A stretch of DNA of 64,000 nt. Source: Lepidodermella squamata (taxonomy: Eukaryota; Animalia; Gastrotricha). Below are positions 1-10,904 of the stretch, piece by piece. The notes beneath the pieces are model-generated. The model did no database searches, was not told the origin of the DNA, and saw only the letters and a list, made by a program, of their open reading frames with translations. The stretch spans positions 868,001 to 932,000 of the forward strand of contig JBLDXI010000033.1 of NCBI GenBank assembly GCA_047495785.1, written 5' to 3'. The translations under genes and the position numbers were made by a program. Every line of letters starts with the position of its first letter. Position 1 is the stretch's first letter.

Positions 1-251
1 ACCTCATACTTCGTTTTACAAATATCGCATATGGGATTTCCAAGGCTGTCTCGTTTTGTCACCTCAGCTCCAATAGTCTGTTGCAAGCAGTGTTTATGGA
101 TATACCCCACAGTTCCGCGGCAAGCGCAGAAGCCTGAGTACAGAGGATCGGGCTGTGTTACAAAGCAGAGCCATTTGTTCGACGCTTTCAACCCTTCCAA
201 ACAGATGCGGCAGGTGATTTCATCGATGTCTAAATAATCATGGCTGCTCAT
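1..251 (-). CDS. MARCH-like RING-CH E3 ligase, 5' part (runs off the left edge; not in ORF track)
   Basis: Manual minus-strand translation from ATG 251: MSSHDYLDIDEITCRICLEG...LYSGFCACRGTVGYIHKHCLQQTIG...NPICDICKTKYE. This is the C4HC3 pattern shared with the neighbouring paralogs. Confidence 0.85.
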   Translation of the reverse strand, partial: MSSHDYLDIDEITCRICLEGLKASNKWLCFVTQPDPLYSGFCACRGTVGYIHKHCLQQTIGAEVTKRDSLGNPICDICKTKYE

Positions 252-424
252 GATAAAGATGAACCATAAACAATTTTTGGGCAATAGAAAGCTGGGTCAT
301 TATAAATATTCCGTGGCCTCTCCTGAGTTGTTAAAAACACAGATAAGTTCGCATGATAAGACTAAGCCTGGCAACACAAGTGAAAAAGATAACCTCTCGA
401 GGCATTGTTATCTATTAATTTACT

Positions 425-1126
425 TCAATAGGTAACATGAATCACAAGGCTGCTGAGGTTTTCATCTATTTGAGGTTCATCCTTTTTGCCGTCGTCTACA
501 TTGGAACTTATGCAGCTCGTGATTCTGATTTCACAATTTAAACGGCGAAATTCGTTCCACCACCACCTCCGAGAGGCTATTGCCGTGAGAATTAGCATGA
601 AAATGCAATAAAGGGAGGCTGGTACTGTGACGAAGACTGTAACAAAAGCTTGAAACATGAAGAAAAGATTCGAAATATCAAGGGGGCGAATCTCCCGAAG
701 AGAATGAGATCGTTGGCTTGCATGATCAAAACTTGTTTCATTGTGTCCATAGTTGTCGGCTGCAGTGGAAATGTCCCATTTCGCGACAACCAATATCCAA
801 ATTTGAGCGGCGGAAACTAGGAGAAGAATTGTCAAAATTGCGAAAATCCTAACGTGTCTCATGTCAATTCTCGGCAAGGACCATTCGCGTACGGATTTGA
901 AGCACTTGTCGATTTTAACTCGATATGGCTGCTTGCATAACTCGCAATGCGGCAGGCCAATGTAATCGAAAGTCTTAGCAGTGAAGGCAGCATTAGAGAT
1001 GACCATTTCCAAACATTGCCGGTGGGCAAAACCAATCGAACCTCGACAGCCACAGAATTCTGTGCAAAGCGGGCCTTTCGCCTTCTCATGGCCACTCAAG
1101 CAAATTCGGCAGCATTCCGACTGCAT
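425..1126 (-). CDS. MARCH-like RING-CH membrane E3 ubiquitin ligase (RING-CH + 2 TM)
   Basis: CRIC..FCGCRGSIGFAHRQCL..CELC followed by two hydrophobic segments. Intronless; first ATG at 1126 (the track start is TTG). Confidence 0.85.
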   Translation of the reverse strand: MQSECCRICLSGHEKAKGPLCTEFCGCRGSIGFAHRQCLEMVISNAAFTAKTFDYIGLPHCELCKQPYRVKIDKCFKSVREWSLPRIDMRHVRIFAILTILLLVSAAQIWILVVAKWDISTAADNYGHNETSFDHASQRSHSLREIRPLDISNLFFMFQAFVTVFVTVPASLYCIFMLILTAIASRRWWWNEFRRLNCEIRITSCISSNVDDGKKDEPQIDENLSSLVIHVTY

Positions 1127-1328
1127 GTCCAAGTTAGCCTATCAACGCGATAAAAAGCTGTTTTGCACTAGAGAGAGGGAGAATGGTATGGCACGTGTGG
1201 GTGATACTAACTATTGATGCCTCCCACCTATGGCGTATTTACATACACCAATTCGATTCCGCTCATTAACGATTCATGTGCAAAAAAAACGATACCGAAA
1301 TGCATTGTTTTATTGACATGCTTTCCAA

Positions 1329-2018
1329 TCAAAATTTTGAAAGGCTTTCGCGCTTTTGACGAATTTCTATAACCGGGGGCGATTTGAACCTCAGTTGTGA
1401 CTTTTCGTGATTTCCTTCCCAGAATAACAGCAACCACTGCCTGTTCTCCCTCCCTACCACGAGAACAAGTCCGAGAAATAGAAACAGCAAGATTGATACG
1501 TAAAGTGAATAGCTCATCATTTCCAGAAAAACAAGCATAGAATCACTGTAGCTCGAAGAGTTCTGCCGAGATAACACCGGATTCGTAACATTGGTATCGG
1601 ATTGCTGCAGAACAGTTGAATTGATGTTGCGATTGGCATTGATTCGTTCAAAATTCGCCCATAAACCGACTGCAACGAAAGCAGCAGTGACTAGAAAGCT
1701 GACCAGCAAAAACCGGCAGAACTTGTGAAGTTTTGGAACTTGCCACAGCCAAACAGGTTTCAGCGATTTTTTAACATGAATTTGGAACCGTTGTTTGCAA
1801 ATTTCACAGCACGGCTTCTTCTTGTTATCGAGCTTGACTGAGCCAGACGTTAGAACCAGCGTTTCCAGGCAGGTTTTATGGATGTGGCCAATCGATCCTC
1901 GGCATGAGCAAAATTTGGCGTAAAGAGGGCCTGAACTATCGTCGTCTTCGCAACCGCTTAAACAAATTCTGCATCTAACCGTGGTTTGAAAACTGTCGGC
2001 TCTCTGCCTCTCAGCCAT
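1329..2018 (-). CDS. MARCH-like RING-CH membrane E3 ligase
   Basis: CRIC..FCSCRGSIGHIHKTCL..CEIC, 2 TM, C-terminal FKSPPVI motif. Confidence 0.85.
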   Translation of the reverse strand: MAERQRADSFQTTVRCRICLSGCEDDDSSGPLYAKFCSCRGSIGHIHKTCLETLVLTSGSVKLDNKKKPCCEICKQRFQIHVKKSLKPVWLWQVPKLHKFCRFLLVSFLVTAAFVAVGLWANFERINANRNINSTVLQQSDTNVTNPVLSRQNSSSYSDSMLVFLEMMSYSLYVSILLFLFLGLVLVVGRENRQWLLLFWEGNHEKSQLRFKSPPVIEIRQKRESLSKF

Positions 2019-2203
2019 GCTATTATTTAATTTCTAGCTATAACACTTGTGTAGTGGCAGTGTTGAGTGTTGCCTTCCATTTTTTGTAGTATGTAGCTTT
2101 GTGTTTTTTGCTTGCACGCACAAAGAAATGACCTAGACCGAAATTAGGTAAACTCCAGGTGAAAAACTTTCCTTTATTTACGCAAGACTGGATAAAAAAA
2201 CAA

Positions 2204-2857
2204 TCACACTGAGCTTATTTCATCAACTACCACTGGAGGCATTTTAAAGCTTTGAATCTTGTTCTCGAAATTTCGTTTCTTGAACATCCCACACCATTCT
2301 TCCCGCTTCGTCGAGATTGTGTAGACAATGAAAATTAAGCAGACCAAGCATATAGGCAGGGTGAAGAATAGGCTCAACGCGGCCAGATAAAGAAAGACGT
2401 AGCCGAAAAGTATCACAAGAGTTTGGAATGACCCAACTTTCCCGATAGCGACAGAATCGACGGTTTCGTTTCCGGCGCTGTCAGTTTGCTCATCGCCAAT
2501 TTCCGTTTGGTTGAGGCTGATTGCCGACCACAAGCCCAGAGCAACGAGACAGACTAGTAACAGGGTCACGAGAACAGTTTTAACCTCATGATCGTGTAAT
2601 GAAGGCAAGCTCCACCGTTGAGGCGGCTTCATCCGGCGAATGATGGTTATTTGAAAATTGTTGCGACAAATTTCGCACTGAGGCTGTTCGAGGAGATAAC
2701 TTGCAGAATCAGAGGACGGATTCATGGCCTTCTCGAGGCATCTCTTATGGGCGAAACCAATCGAACCTCGGCAGGAGCAGAATCCATTGTAGAGTTTATC
2801 TCTGGTCCTGCTTTGCCTTTTGCTGAATAAACAAATTCTGCAGAAATTCTCCGGCAT
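2204..2857 (-). CDS. MARCH-like RING-CH membrane E3 ligase
   Basis: CRIC..FCSCRGSIGFAHKRCL..CEIC, 2 TM, FKMPPVV motif. Confidence 0.85.
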   Translation of the reverse strand: MPENFCRICLFSKRQSRTRDKLYNGFCSCRGSIGFAHKRCLEKAMNPSSDSASYLLEQPQCEICRNNFQITIIRRMKPPQRWSLPSLHDHEVKTVLVTLLLVCLVALGLWSAISLNQTEIGDEQTDSAGNETVDSVAIGKVGSFQTLVILFGYVFLYLAALSLFFTLPICLVCLIFIVYTISTKREEWCGMFKKRNFENKIQSFKMPPVVVDEISSV

Positions 2858-3306
2858 GGGGTCACGGTGAGTTTATTCGAGTGAAAATGTGTTCGTAATA
2901 CCCGCGGGCAGAAGAAAAAAAGCCACGTGTTTAAAGGTATATGGGTGCATCTCGACAGAGAGCACGTAGGTGTTATTATTCAAGTATTGTAATTTAATGC
3001 ATGTAAAAACGTATTTATTAGTGGAGTTCGGCATTCATTTGAATGCATTATTTTTATTTCTTTTATTATATCACATTTCAATTGCTACACGTGAACACAT
3101 TGTAAGCTAAAAGCTAGGATGCGGAGGAAACTTCAATTTAATCTATATAATCAAATATTTCGTAGACCGGAGGCAGCACTAGAATCTGTGAATAGCTTGT
3201 TTGAGGCAGTTTCAAGGCGATAAGTAAAACGTGGGTTTCTACGTAAATTGAAACAAGGCTTGTTTCTTAATTCAAATCTATTTTGCTTGCGTTGCAGCCT
3301 GTATAT

Positions 3307-3759
3307 CAGGGCTTCTTAATACCTGACCCTCGGCGACCCCAAAATTTACATTCTCACCAGGCTGCGACCCCTACCGATTTTTTTTTATTTTTATGGTTTT
3401 TTGGTGTAGCAAAAGATGCCTCAAATTCCGAAATTCTACGACAAAATGGTAAAATATTGCACAATTTCGATCCATTTTTCTAAAAATTTCCTGAAACTTC
3501 TACATATATAAGGTTCCAAGCCGCATTTTCGACCGGTTTTAAGTCAAATATTGTGGGTGGCGAGCGAAGCGAGCTTTAGCTGACGCTATTTGTCAATAAT
3601 TTTCTGGAAAAGTGACCATAAAATGGATCAAATCTTCTAATTTTTTAGTTTTATCAAAGTGATCAGTCGACCCCCGCGACCCTTGGACCGGTCCGCGACC
3701 CCTCAAAAATTGGCCCGCGACCCCCGTGGGGGTCGCGACCCACCGTTTGAGAAGCGCTG
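3307..3759. mobile_element. hAT-superfamily MITE (453 bp, non-autonomous)
   Basis: Imperfect TIRs CAGGGCTTCTTAA / TTGAGAAGCGCTG; exact 8-bp TSD CTGTATAT at 3299-3306 and 3760-3767; subterminal CGCGACCCC repeats. Confidence 0.9.
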
Positions 3760-4012
3760 CTGTATATGATTAAAAATGTAACACACAGAAGATACCGCAC
3801 TCCCCTGCTACAGTAAATATGGGCCTTGTTTACTTACAATGAACTTACAATGACGCAATGAACTTATCTTCAGCTCGTGTATGACCCACCCGTCTTTCAT
3901 GATAATTGGTGTAAAAACGGTATAACTAACGTGTAATCTGCTAAAACTCCCAGCCATTCCGATAAAACCGCAAGAGACCTTTATACCATTTAAGCACTAC
4001 GACCCTAAAATA

Positions 4013-5170
4013 ATGGCAACTGAAGGCAAGGTTATCCGATGTAAGGCTGCTATTTCATGGGGAGCAAACGAGCGCCTCAAAATCGAAACTATAGAGGTTG
4101 AACCGCCTCGTAAGGGCGAGGTGAGAATCCGAGTTCACTCGGCCTCCATCTGCGCCACGGACTACACTCTATCAAAGGGCATCAGTGTCGGCTACCCAAA
4201 ACCCATTTTCCCCGTAATCCTGGGCCACGAATGCGCTGGCGTTGTCGAAAGTGTTGGCGAGGGCGTGACAGCCCTCAAGCCTGGTGATTACGTAATGCCG
4301 TGTTCGGCGCCCCAATGTCGGAAATGCGAACGCTGCCTTGGTAACCGAAGCAACGCCTGCGAAACGCGGGACGAAAACCTCGGTGATGGGTACATTGAGC
4401 TAGACGGGAGTGAGCAACGATCTACCCGATACAAATGCAACGGTCAGCAAATTTTTCATTTTGAAGGCGTGTCAGCATTCAGTCAATACATTGTTTGCCG
4501 GGAGGCTTCTGTCGCTAAAATAAGCGAAAAAGCCCCTCTGGACAAAATTTCACCGGTTTCTTGCGGGATTGTAACAGGCTATGGGTCAGCTGTCCACAGT
4601 GCTCAGGTCACTGAAGGATCAACTTGCTCAGTTTGGGGTCTTGGAACAGTGGGTCTAGCCGCCTTAACCGGTTGCCGTAATCAGAAGGCTGGAATAATTA
4701 TTGCAATCGATTCGAACCCGGAAAAGCTCGAACGAGCATTACGAATCGGCGCAACTCATGCTTTGAATCCTACAGACCCTGAATTCGAAGCTAAAATGCT
4801 TGAGATAACGAAGGGTCAAGGCTGTGACTTCGCGATCGAATGCGTTGGCCGCGTTGATGTGATTAAGCAAGCTATCGCTACGACCAACAAACTCTGGGGT
4901 AAAACTGTCATAGTTGGGGCGGCCCCTGCTGATGCGGTTCTTGAAGTTGGCAACTCTGTTCAGTTTCTTTTCGGCAGGTCTTTGACTGGGTCTTGGATGG
5001 GGCATAAAAAGTCGCTAGATCATGTTGCTGAGCTCGTCGAAGAGTGTTTGGCTGGTCGTATCCCGCTTGATGAGATTGTAACTCATAGGCTAAACCTGGC
5101 AGATATCAATGATGGGTTTGAGTTACTGCGAACTGGAAAATGCGTGAAAACTGTCATTAACATGCTCTGA
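4013..5170 (+). CDS. Zinc-dependent medium-chain alcohol dehydrogenase, class III (ADH5/GSNOR)-like, divergent
   Basis: N-terminus MATEGKVIRCKAA, catalytic Zn ligands (ICATD, GHE, SCG), structural Zn CxxCxxCx7C, Rossmann GLGTVG. Intronless; AATAAA at 5226-5231. Confidence 0.92.
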   Translation: MATEGKVIRCKAAISWGANERLKIETIEVEPPRKGEVRIRVHSASICATDYTLSKGISVGYPKPIFPVILGHECAGVVESVGEGVTALKPGDYVMPCSAPQCRKCERCLGNRSNACETRDENLGDGYIELDGSEQRSTRYKCNGQQIFHFEGVSAFSQYIVCREASVAKISEKAPLDKISPVSCGIVTGYGSAVHSAQVTEGSTCSVWGLGTVGLAALTGCRNQKAGIIIAIDSNPEKLERALRIGATHALNPTDPEFEAKMLEITKGQGCDFAIECVGRVDVIKQAIATTNKLWGKTVIVGAAPADAVLEVGNSVQFLFGRSLTGSWMGHKKSLDHVAELVEECLAGRIPLDEIVTHRLNLADINDGFELLRTGKCVKTVINML

Positions 5171-5240
5171 AATTGTGAAAACAACGGAAATTTATTTTAT
5201 GATTTTTTCGCTCGTCATTTCAAATAATAAATTTTTGAGA

Positions 5241-6356
5241 TCAAAATGTTATTGTAGACCAAGTTGAGGCTAGAGATGAAGTTGTCTGCGTTCTTTGGAG
5301 AGGCGCGACAGTGGAAATTCGATGTCCCCCGAGTAATGGGTTGTTGCTGTCTACAGAGCCGCGACTTCCTTCAGACGTCATCGCCTTGTGTCTGGCATCG
5401 ATTTTGACAACAGGCGGCATGTTAAAATCCAGAATCTTTAGCTCTGTATTCTCGTAGCAAATATTCCACATTAAAGCAATGCAAAAACACAGGAAAAGAA
5501 TGCCAGCCATTTGGAAGACGACGAACGAGGCGGTGAAAAGCCAGCACTTCTCCTTTGACATTTCAGGTAATGTGATGTTGACATTGAAGACGGAATCAAC
5601 CGATCGATTGCTTGCGTTACTCGGTTTTGAAATCGCTAGACTATTTGAGGAGGGTTTGCATACCCTAAGGCTTAGGTCACTCAGTCCAGGAACTGCAAGG
5701 GCGACAACAATGAAGGAGAGAAGGGTCATAAGAAGGTAGCCACGAACGGAACACGTCCAGCCTTTCAGAGGTTTTAGCTTCTTACCCAGTTGGAATTGAT
5801 AAACCTCTCGACACAGGTCGCAAGTCGGCCTTCCCTGGTCGTCGAACTTAGCAGAGGGCGATGAGATGACCAGTTCCAAACATTTATGATGAGCATAGCC
5901 GATTGAGCCCCGGCAAGCACAAAAATTGCTGTAAAGGAATGGATCGTCGGTTTCAGTATTTTCCAACTGACAGATGCGGCATTCTTGGCCGAATACACTG
6001 ATTGAAGTAGAAGATCGTGTGACTGTTTCAGAAATGCTGTGCTGAGGTTGGACTAAAAGCGAAATATGAGCAGTACTAGGTCTCGGGATGTTTGATTGAA
6101 AGCAGCCAGTTCGGAAAGGTTGCCGACACAGCTCACAACACCGTCGGCCTAACGCATCGAGTCTCAGCGTCACAGTTGTTGCCTGCATGTACTTTTCGAG
6201 GCAGGTTTTATGGGCGTAACCAACTGAACCTCGGCATGAACAAAACCCACTGTAGAGGGTACGTTCATCGCCATCGCCACTGCCCTGTAGGCATATTCGG
6301 CATTGTTTGTTCGGAGCATCTAGTGACAGCTGTGTCTGCTCGCGCGTGGGCATCAT
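5241..6356 (-). CDS. MARCH-like E3 ligase with two tandem RING-CH domains + 2 TM
   Basis: Two complete CRIC..FCxCRGS..HxxCL..CxLC units, then 2 TM and FNMPPVV. Confidence 0.85.
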   Translation of the reverse strand: MMPTREQTQLSLDAPNKQCRICLQGSGDGDERTLYSGFCSCRGSVGYAHKTCLEKYMQATTVTLRLDALGRRCCELCRQPFRTGCFQSNIPRPSTAHISLLVQPQHSISETVTRSSTSISVFGQECRICQLENTETDDPFLYSNFCACRGSIGYAHHKCLELVISSPSAKFDDQGRPTCDLCREVYQFQLGKKLKPLKGWTCSVRGYLLMTLLSFIVVALAVPGLSDLSLRVCKPSSNSLAISKPSNASNRSVDSVFNVNITLPEMSKEKCWLFTASFVVFQMAGILFLCFCIALMWNICYENTELKILDFNMPPVVKIDARHKAMTSEGSRGSVDSNNPLLGGHRISTVAPLQRTQTTSSLASTWSTITF

Positions 6357-6796
6357 TATTTAAGTGGCGAAATGCAAATGCATCATTTTGCTTTTTAGTT
6401 ATAGAACGTGCGAAATATCCGAATGAAATTATTCGATTTTACTCTACGCATACAGGTATATGCTTTATTTCGGTGCATTTCCGGCGCCGTTGCCATAGCG
6501 CGTGTGACTCTGGCCGAATCACGCATAAATTGCGTGTTGCTAGGCGCGTGACGTCCCGGCCGGAATCAGGAGCCGGAGGTGAGGAACTAACGCTTGGTTT
6601 GAATGCCCGCTGACCCTCTCAGATGAGAGTAAAATCGATGCGGAAAGGAAAACCACGTGCTTTAAAATATCGCGATCAAACCTGCCATTTGCCATTGGAA
6701 AGATGCTAACTTTGATGGCACTGAATAGCTAAGGCATAGCTAACCTGGCTAACGCTCTGAAGCCTGGCCAGCCACTAGCTCCAATGAGCCGAATAA

Positions 6797-7275
6797 TATT
6801 GGGCAATTTGTAATTCTGATGTGCTAAAAATAAGTCGAATTTAACAAAAACCGCAAGAGACAATCATTGCTTAAATATGCATAGTTTAAATAGATGGACG
6901 TCAAATGGTGCGCCCGCTGGCGCCTAATACTGCACCCGGAAAAATGCGAAACAATGATTTTTGGTTTTTATAATTCCTTACCCTCGATTCAACTTAGGTT
7001 AGGCCCGCGAAAAATCAAACAGGTTCAGCAACTGAAGTACCTCGGTCTTCACCTCAACCCGCGACTCAGCTGGGACACCCAGTTGTCGGCAATTTCATCC
7101 AAAACCAGGCCGAGGGCCGGCATGTTACGCGGTATTATGGCTCGAAAAGTCTTGCCAACCAAGCTCGGCATTATTGGGCAATTTGTAATTCTGATGTGCT
7201 AAAAATAAGTCGAATTTAACAAAAACCGCAAGAGACAATCATTGCTTAAATATGCATAGTTTAAATAGATGGACG
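6797..7275. repeat. Perfect 104-bp direct repeat (6797-6900 and 7172-7275) flanking a 271-bp insert
   Basis: Both copies read TATTGGGCAATTTGTAATTC...TAAATAGATGGACG identically. Confidence 0.92.
6901..7171 (+). mobile_element. Non-LTR retrotransposon (LINE) reverse transcriptase C-terminal fragment
   Basis: KWCARWRLILHPEKCETMIF...QLKYLGLHLNPRLSWDTQL matches the LINE RT W..W.L..N..K...KYLG..L...L.W motif. Confidence 0.85.
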
Positions 7276-8012
7276 ACATAACACACTTAGATATAGGATC
7301 CCAGTCGGGAGAGTCAGGCCTATTGTCGGTTTATAGGCCTGGAAAACGCCCAACAAGTTGCAATATTTTAGCGCATTTTTCGAGAATTTTCAAAAATTGA
7401 ACAATCGAAACAGAACAAGAAACTTTCACGCCACGCATCTCCTTAATGCACCTCCTCGTCTTGCTGCTTTCCCCGAAGCAGGATGGATAGTTTCCGTGAG
7501 TTCATTTCTCAGAAAAGATCATGTGCCAGAATGATAGGTATTAGGTAATATTTCATTTGTCCAAAGAGTACTAAAAAGATGATCCAAAATAACTTCACGC
7601 GAACCAAGCTAAAAATAAATGGCGTCAATTTCTTCTCCCCACGTTTCCCGTGTCTAAAAATTCAGATCTCAGATTGAATCATATCAACAGATAACCAAAT
7701 CTGCATTATAGATTGTATTTGATCAATACTTTTTAATACTGAAAATAAACAATTCGATCAAGAGTTAAGTTATCATCGTTTAACAGCTAGATAGATTCGG
7801 AACAAATTTCGAACTTCAAATCTTGGACGGAATCACGTCAATTTCAAGACACGGTGCTAAAAGCGGGAAGCATTTCATCCTGTCTTAAAACCATAAAAAC
7901 ATCGAGGGCGTTGTATCATGTTGTCGCAAAATCAATGCACAGGAAAAGCCCCCGCTATGTCGAAGACAACCAGTAAAAGATGTTCCAAGTTCATAGAAGT
8001 TTTTGATTTCAA

Positions 8013-10325
8013 ATGCCGCTATTAAAGTTCGCTATAACTATCCTGGCGATTGTTTCACAGGGAACGATCGGGGACAAGCCTCAAACGCTGTCAGTGTTAG
8101 TTCTGGTGCCAATGACTGGTAACGAGCCGCAAAATGGCGACGGTTGCCGTTATGGCGTGCAAGTCGCTATGGACGGTGTAAATGACAACCCAAACATTTT
8201 GCCTCGTTATCGTTTGGAACCCATGTACGCAGATGAGGGACCGGCAGGGTTCTTCTCGCCACGTCAGGCTGTTCAGTTCAGACGTAGTGTTAACTCGACT
8301 AAATTTCAATCTCCAGTCGTAATTGGCCCTATATTCTCGACTGGTGGCGTCGGTTTGGCTTCCATGGTTCATCAAATCGATATGATCCAGCTTGCGACTG
8401 GTGTCAATACACCGCAAGTAACGGGGAACCGAAAACTATACCCCAACATCTATCGAGTTAGGATCACTGGGGAACTGGTCGCATATGCTCAGATGCGATT
8501 CATTCGAGATGTTGGGAAATGGAACCGCTTTGGCATCGTCACGTCAGTTGTCAACAGTTTCGACATAGCTCTGGCTATCTTTCTATACAAAGTAGCGCTA
8601 GAAAGTGGCTTCAAAATTTCGTACTTCGGCACCGTCGCCGATATCAGCGAAGAAACTGTCGACGCCATCAAGGCTTCAGATACAAGAGTCATCGTTGTCG
8701 ATAGTGGGACTGCTACATTTGTCAACAGAATGCTATGTTTCGGGCACATAGCTGGGTTGAAAGGACCGAAATACGTCTACATCATCCATTCTGGTGCCTT
8801 TTCCGAACCCGGTAGCCTGCAGCCTAAAATAGCAGCTGCCCCAGGATGCACGAGGGAGATGCTTCTGGAGCAGTTCACAATTTCGATTTGGATTGCCTGG
8901 GCTAACGGACCAGCGCGCGAGTTCTCGAACCCAACTATGACGACCTCAAGCGGAATGACCCTGGACAACTTTGAACAAAGATATCGGAACGTCACAAACA
9001 ACATCACCCCTTTGGACTTCATCCGGAGATTCCAGTGTCACGACGCTGGCTTGGAAACTGCGATGATTCTCGACGCATCCGAACGCAAATTGCTAGCTAA
9101 AAATTTGTCGTTGCGCGAATATCAAGCTTATCCGAGAGATGTAATGCTGGCCGTCAACGAATCAGCTCTGAATGTCAAATTTGCCGGGTTCCGCATTGGG
9201 AAGTTCGAGTATTCAGCTCGAGGCGAGCCAGACTCTGACTCCCAGGCTGTTATTCAATGGACCCCAGAGAACGGTTTGAGGCTATTGTATGAAGTTTCAG
9301 CGAGGGAAAACACATCGATCTACGAGTTCTCAAATTATCAATCTAAAGAGGTTCAACAACCCACATGGTATACGCCTGATAGCAAACCACCCAGGGATGG
9401 TCCCTTAATCTTAGTTGACAGCCAGCGAATACCTATTGGCTTCTCATGGACAATTTTCGCTCTCTCGGTTTTAATTGCAGTATGGCAAGGGTATTGCTTT
9501 TTCAGAGGCACGGTATTCCGATGTCGAAACCTCGATTGGCGTAGATTCAGTAAAAGTAGTTTATTCCTCGGCTGTTTAATGCTAGATTTCTCGGCTTGTC
9601 TTTTCTCGTTCTCCTTTTACCGTGGGGCGATTGAACTATGCGTCCTACAGAGGATTGCGCCGATTCTCGGACTAGGGTCGATTCTCAGCTTCACTATTGT
9701 GTGTCTTGAAAAAGCCAGGCGCGAAGTGAAGATGAAAACCCCGATCAATTACCAGGCTAGCACATTTCAAACGAACATTGGGCACTACAGTGAAACTATT
9801 TCGGTGGTTTCCAGCCTCCGATCCAAAAGAAGTCGCAATAAAAGAAGTGGAGGAACATCAATCTACCGCCAGGTCACCTTCAGTGATACAGGACTTGCGT
9901 ATCTCCACATCGCCTTCCTAATTGTTATAACGGCCTACTCGATTATTTGGAATTTAGTGGACATCCCGATCTACAACAAAGCAGTAGTTTCGGAGTCTTA
10001 CTATCTTGAAACGGACTCTTTGGTGAAAATCGAAGCAGAGAGATGCAGGTCGAAGATGGACATTCAGTGGACGATAGCCATAATTTTGTTTTATCTTCTA
10101 ATAATGCTTTGGGGTGGTTTCTCTGCCTACCTGTTGCGGCGTCACGCGGAGACTAAGTATGTAAGAATGGCTCTAGTTAACATGCTGTTGATGGTAATCA
10201 CGGGAGTTCTGCTTTGTGTAATTTTGGCTTCTCCAACAGGGCAGCTGATGACTTTGTCCCTTATAAGCCTGATAATTTCTGTTATAACATCGCCTAATCT
10301 TCAACGCAGTGCTATTGAGGAATGA
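8013..10325 (+). CDS. Class C GPCR, GABA-B-like (Venus flytrap + 7TM), GPCR1
   Basis: Signal peptide, ANF-type VFT (VNDNPNILPRY, YPNIYR, WNRFGIV), PPRD linker with no cysteine-rich domain, 7 hydrophobic helices with TM3/ECL2 cysteines. Intronless. Confidence 0.9.
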   Translation: MPLLKFAITILAIVSQGTIGDKPQTLSVLVLVPMTGNEPQNGDGCRYGVQVAMDGVNDNPNILPRYRLEPMYADEGPAGFFSPRQAVQFRRSVNSTKFQSPVVIGPIFSTGGVGLASMVHQIDMIQLATGVNTPQVTGNRKLYPNIYRVRITGELVAYAQMRFIRDVGKWNRFGIVTSVVNSFDIALAIFLYKVALESGFKISYFGTVADISEETVDAIKASDTRVIVVDSGTATFVNRMLCFGHIAGLKGPKYVYIIHSGAFSEPGSLQPKIAAAPGCTREMLLEQFTISIWIAWANGPAREFSNPTMTTSSGMTLDNFEQRYRNVTNNITPLDFIRRFQCHDAGLETAMILDASERKLLAKNLSLREYQAYPRDVMLAVNESALNVKFAGFRIGKFEYSARGEPDSDSQAVIQWTPENGLRLLYEVSARENTSIYEFSNYQSKEVQQPTWYTPDSKPPRDGPLILVDSQRIPIGFSWTIFALSVLIAVWQGYCFFRGTVFRCRNLDWRRFSKSSLFLGCLMLDFSACLFSFSFYRGAIELCVLQRIAPILGLGSILSFTIVCLEKARREVKMKTPINYQASTFQTNIGHYSETISVVSSLRSKRSRNKRSGGTSIYRQVTFSDTGLAYLHIAFLIVITAYSIIWNLVDIPIYNKAVVSESYYLETDSLVKIEAERCRSKMDIQWTIAIILFYLLIMLWGGFSAYLLRRHAETKYVRMALVNMLLMVITGVLLCVILASPTGQLMTLSLISLIISVITSPNLQRSAIEE

Positions 10326-10904
10326 ATCATCTTCTTCAGATACCAATTGAGACAGTGAAGATTTGTACATATAGTATATATTGTATTTGTTTTCCAAAAA
10401 AATCAATAAATCTCCATATCAGAATTATTTCCACGTGTGGCATGTTTGCATCTTCCGCGAAATATTGATGGTAACAGGTAACATGGTCTTTTCTAAGATC
10501 GCGCGATACCGCAGCTAATCTTTTGCGCGCATCATCATACAACGTGCCTCATTAAAAATAAATCCTCCATTAAAACATCTCAGTTATCATTGGGCATTTT
10601 CATTATCATGCTCGTGTGCTCAGATTTCAAACTTCATGCCAGCTGCAGTTGTACTGGAAAACGAAAATTCAAAGGTGGCTCAAATGAAAAGCAATATTTA
10701 GGCAATAAGACGATGGATTCGCTTTTGATATTGTCCCGACTACACGACTACCCGATTTTCGATTGTATACGTCATTTTGAATGAGAGAGGTGGCAAGTAA
10801 AAGATCTGTTGTTTTTTACTTTTCATTAACGTTGGAAAGGCCGCTTTTTATTTGTCACCAGTCACTTTGAAATAAGGGATGTAAGCCAGCCTTAATCCGA
10901 GTTA

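Noticed and set aside
1-6356. Viral origin (K3/K5-like immune-evasion ligases) for the intronless MARCH array
   Set aside because: No viral hallmark genes, and the copies are interspersed with ordinary intron-containing animal genes.
6540-6660. GC-rich stretch considered as an ncRNA or hammerhead ribozyme
   Set aside because: No intact CUGAUGA...GAAA core with supporting stems.
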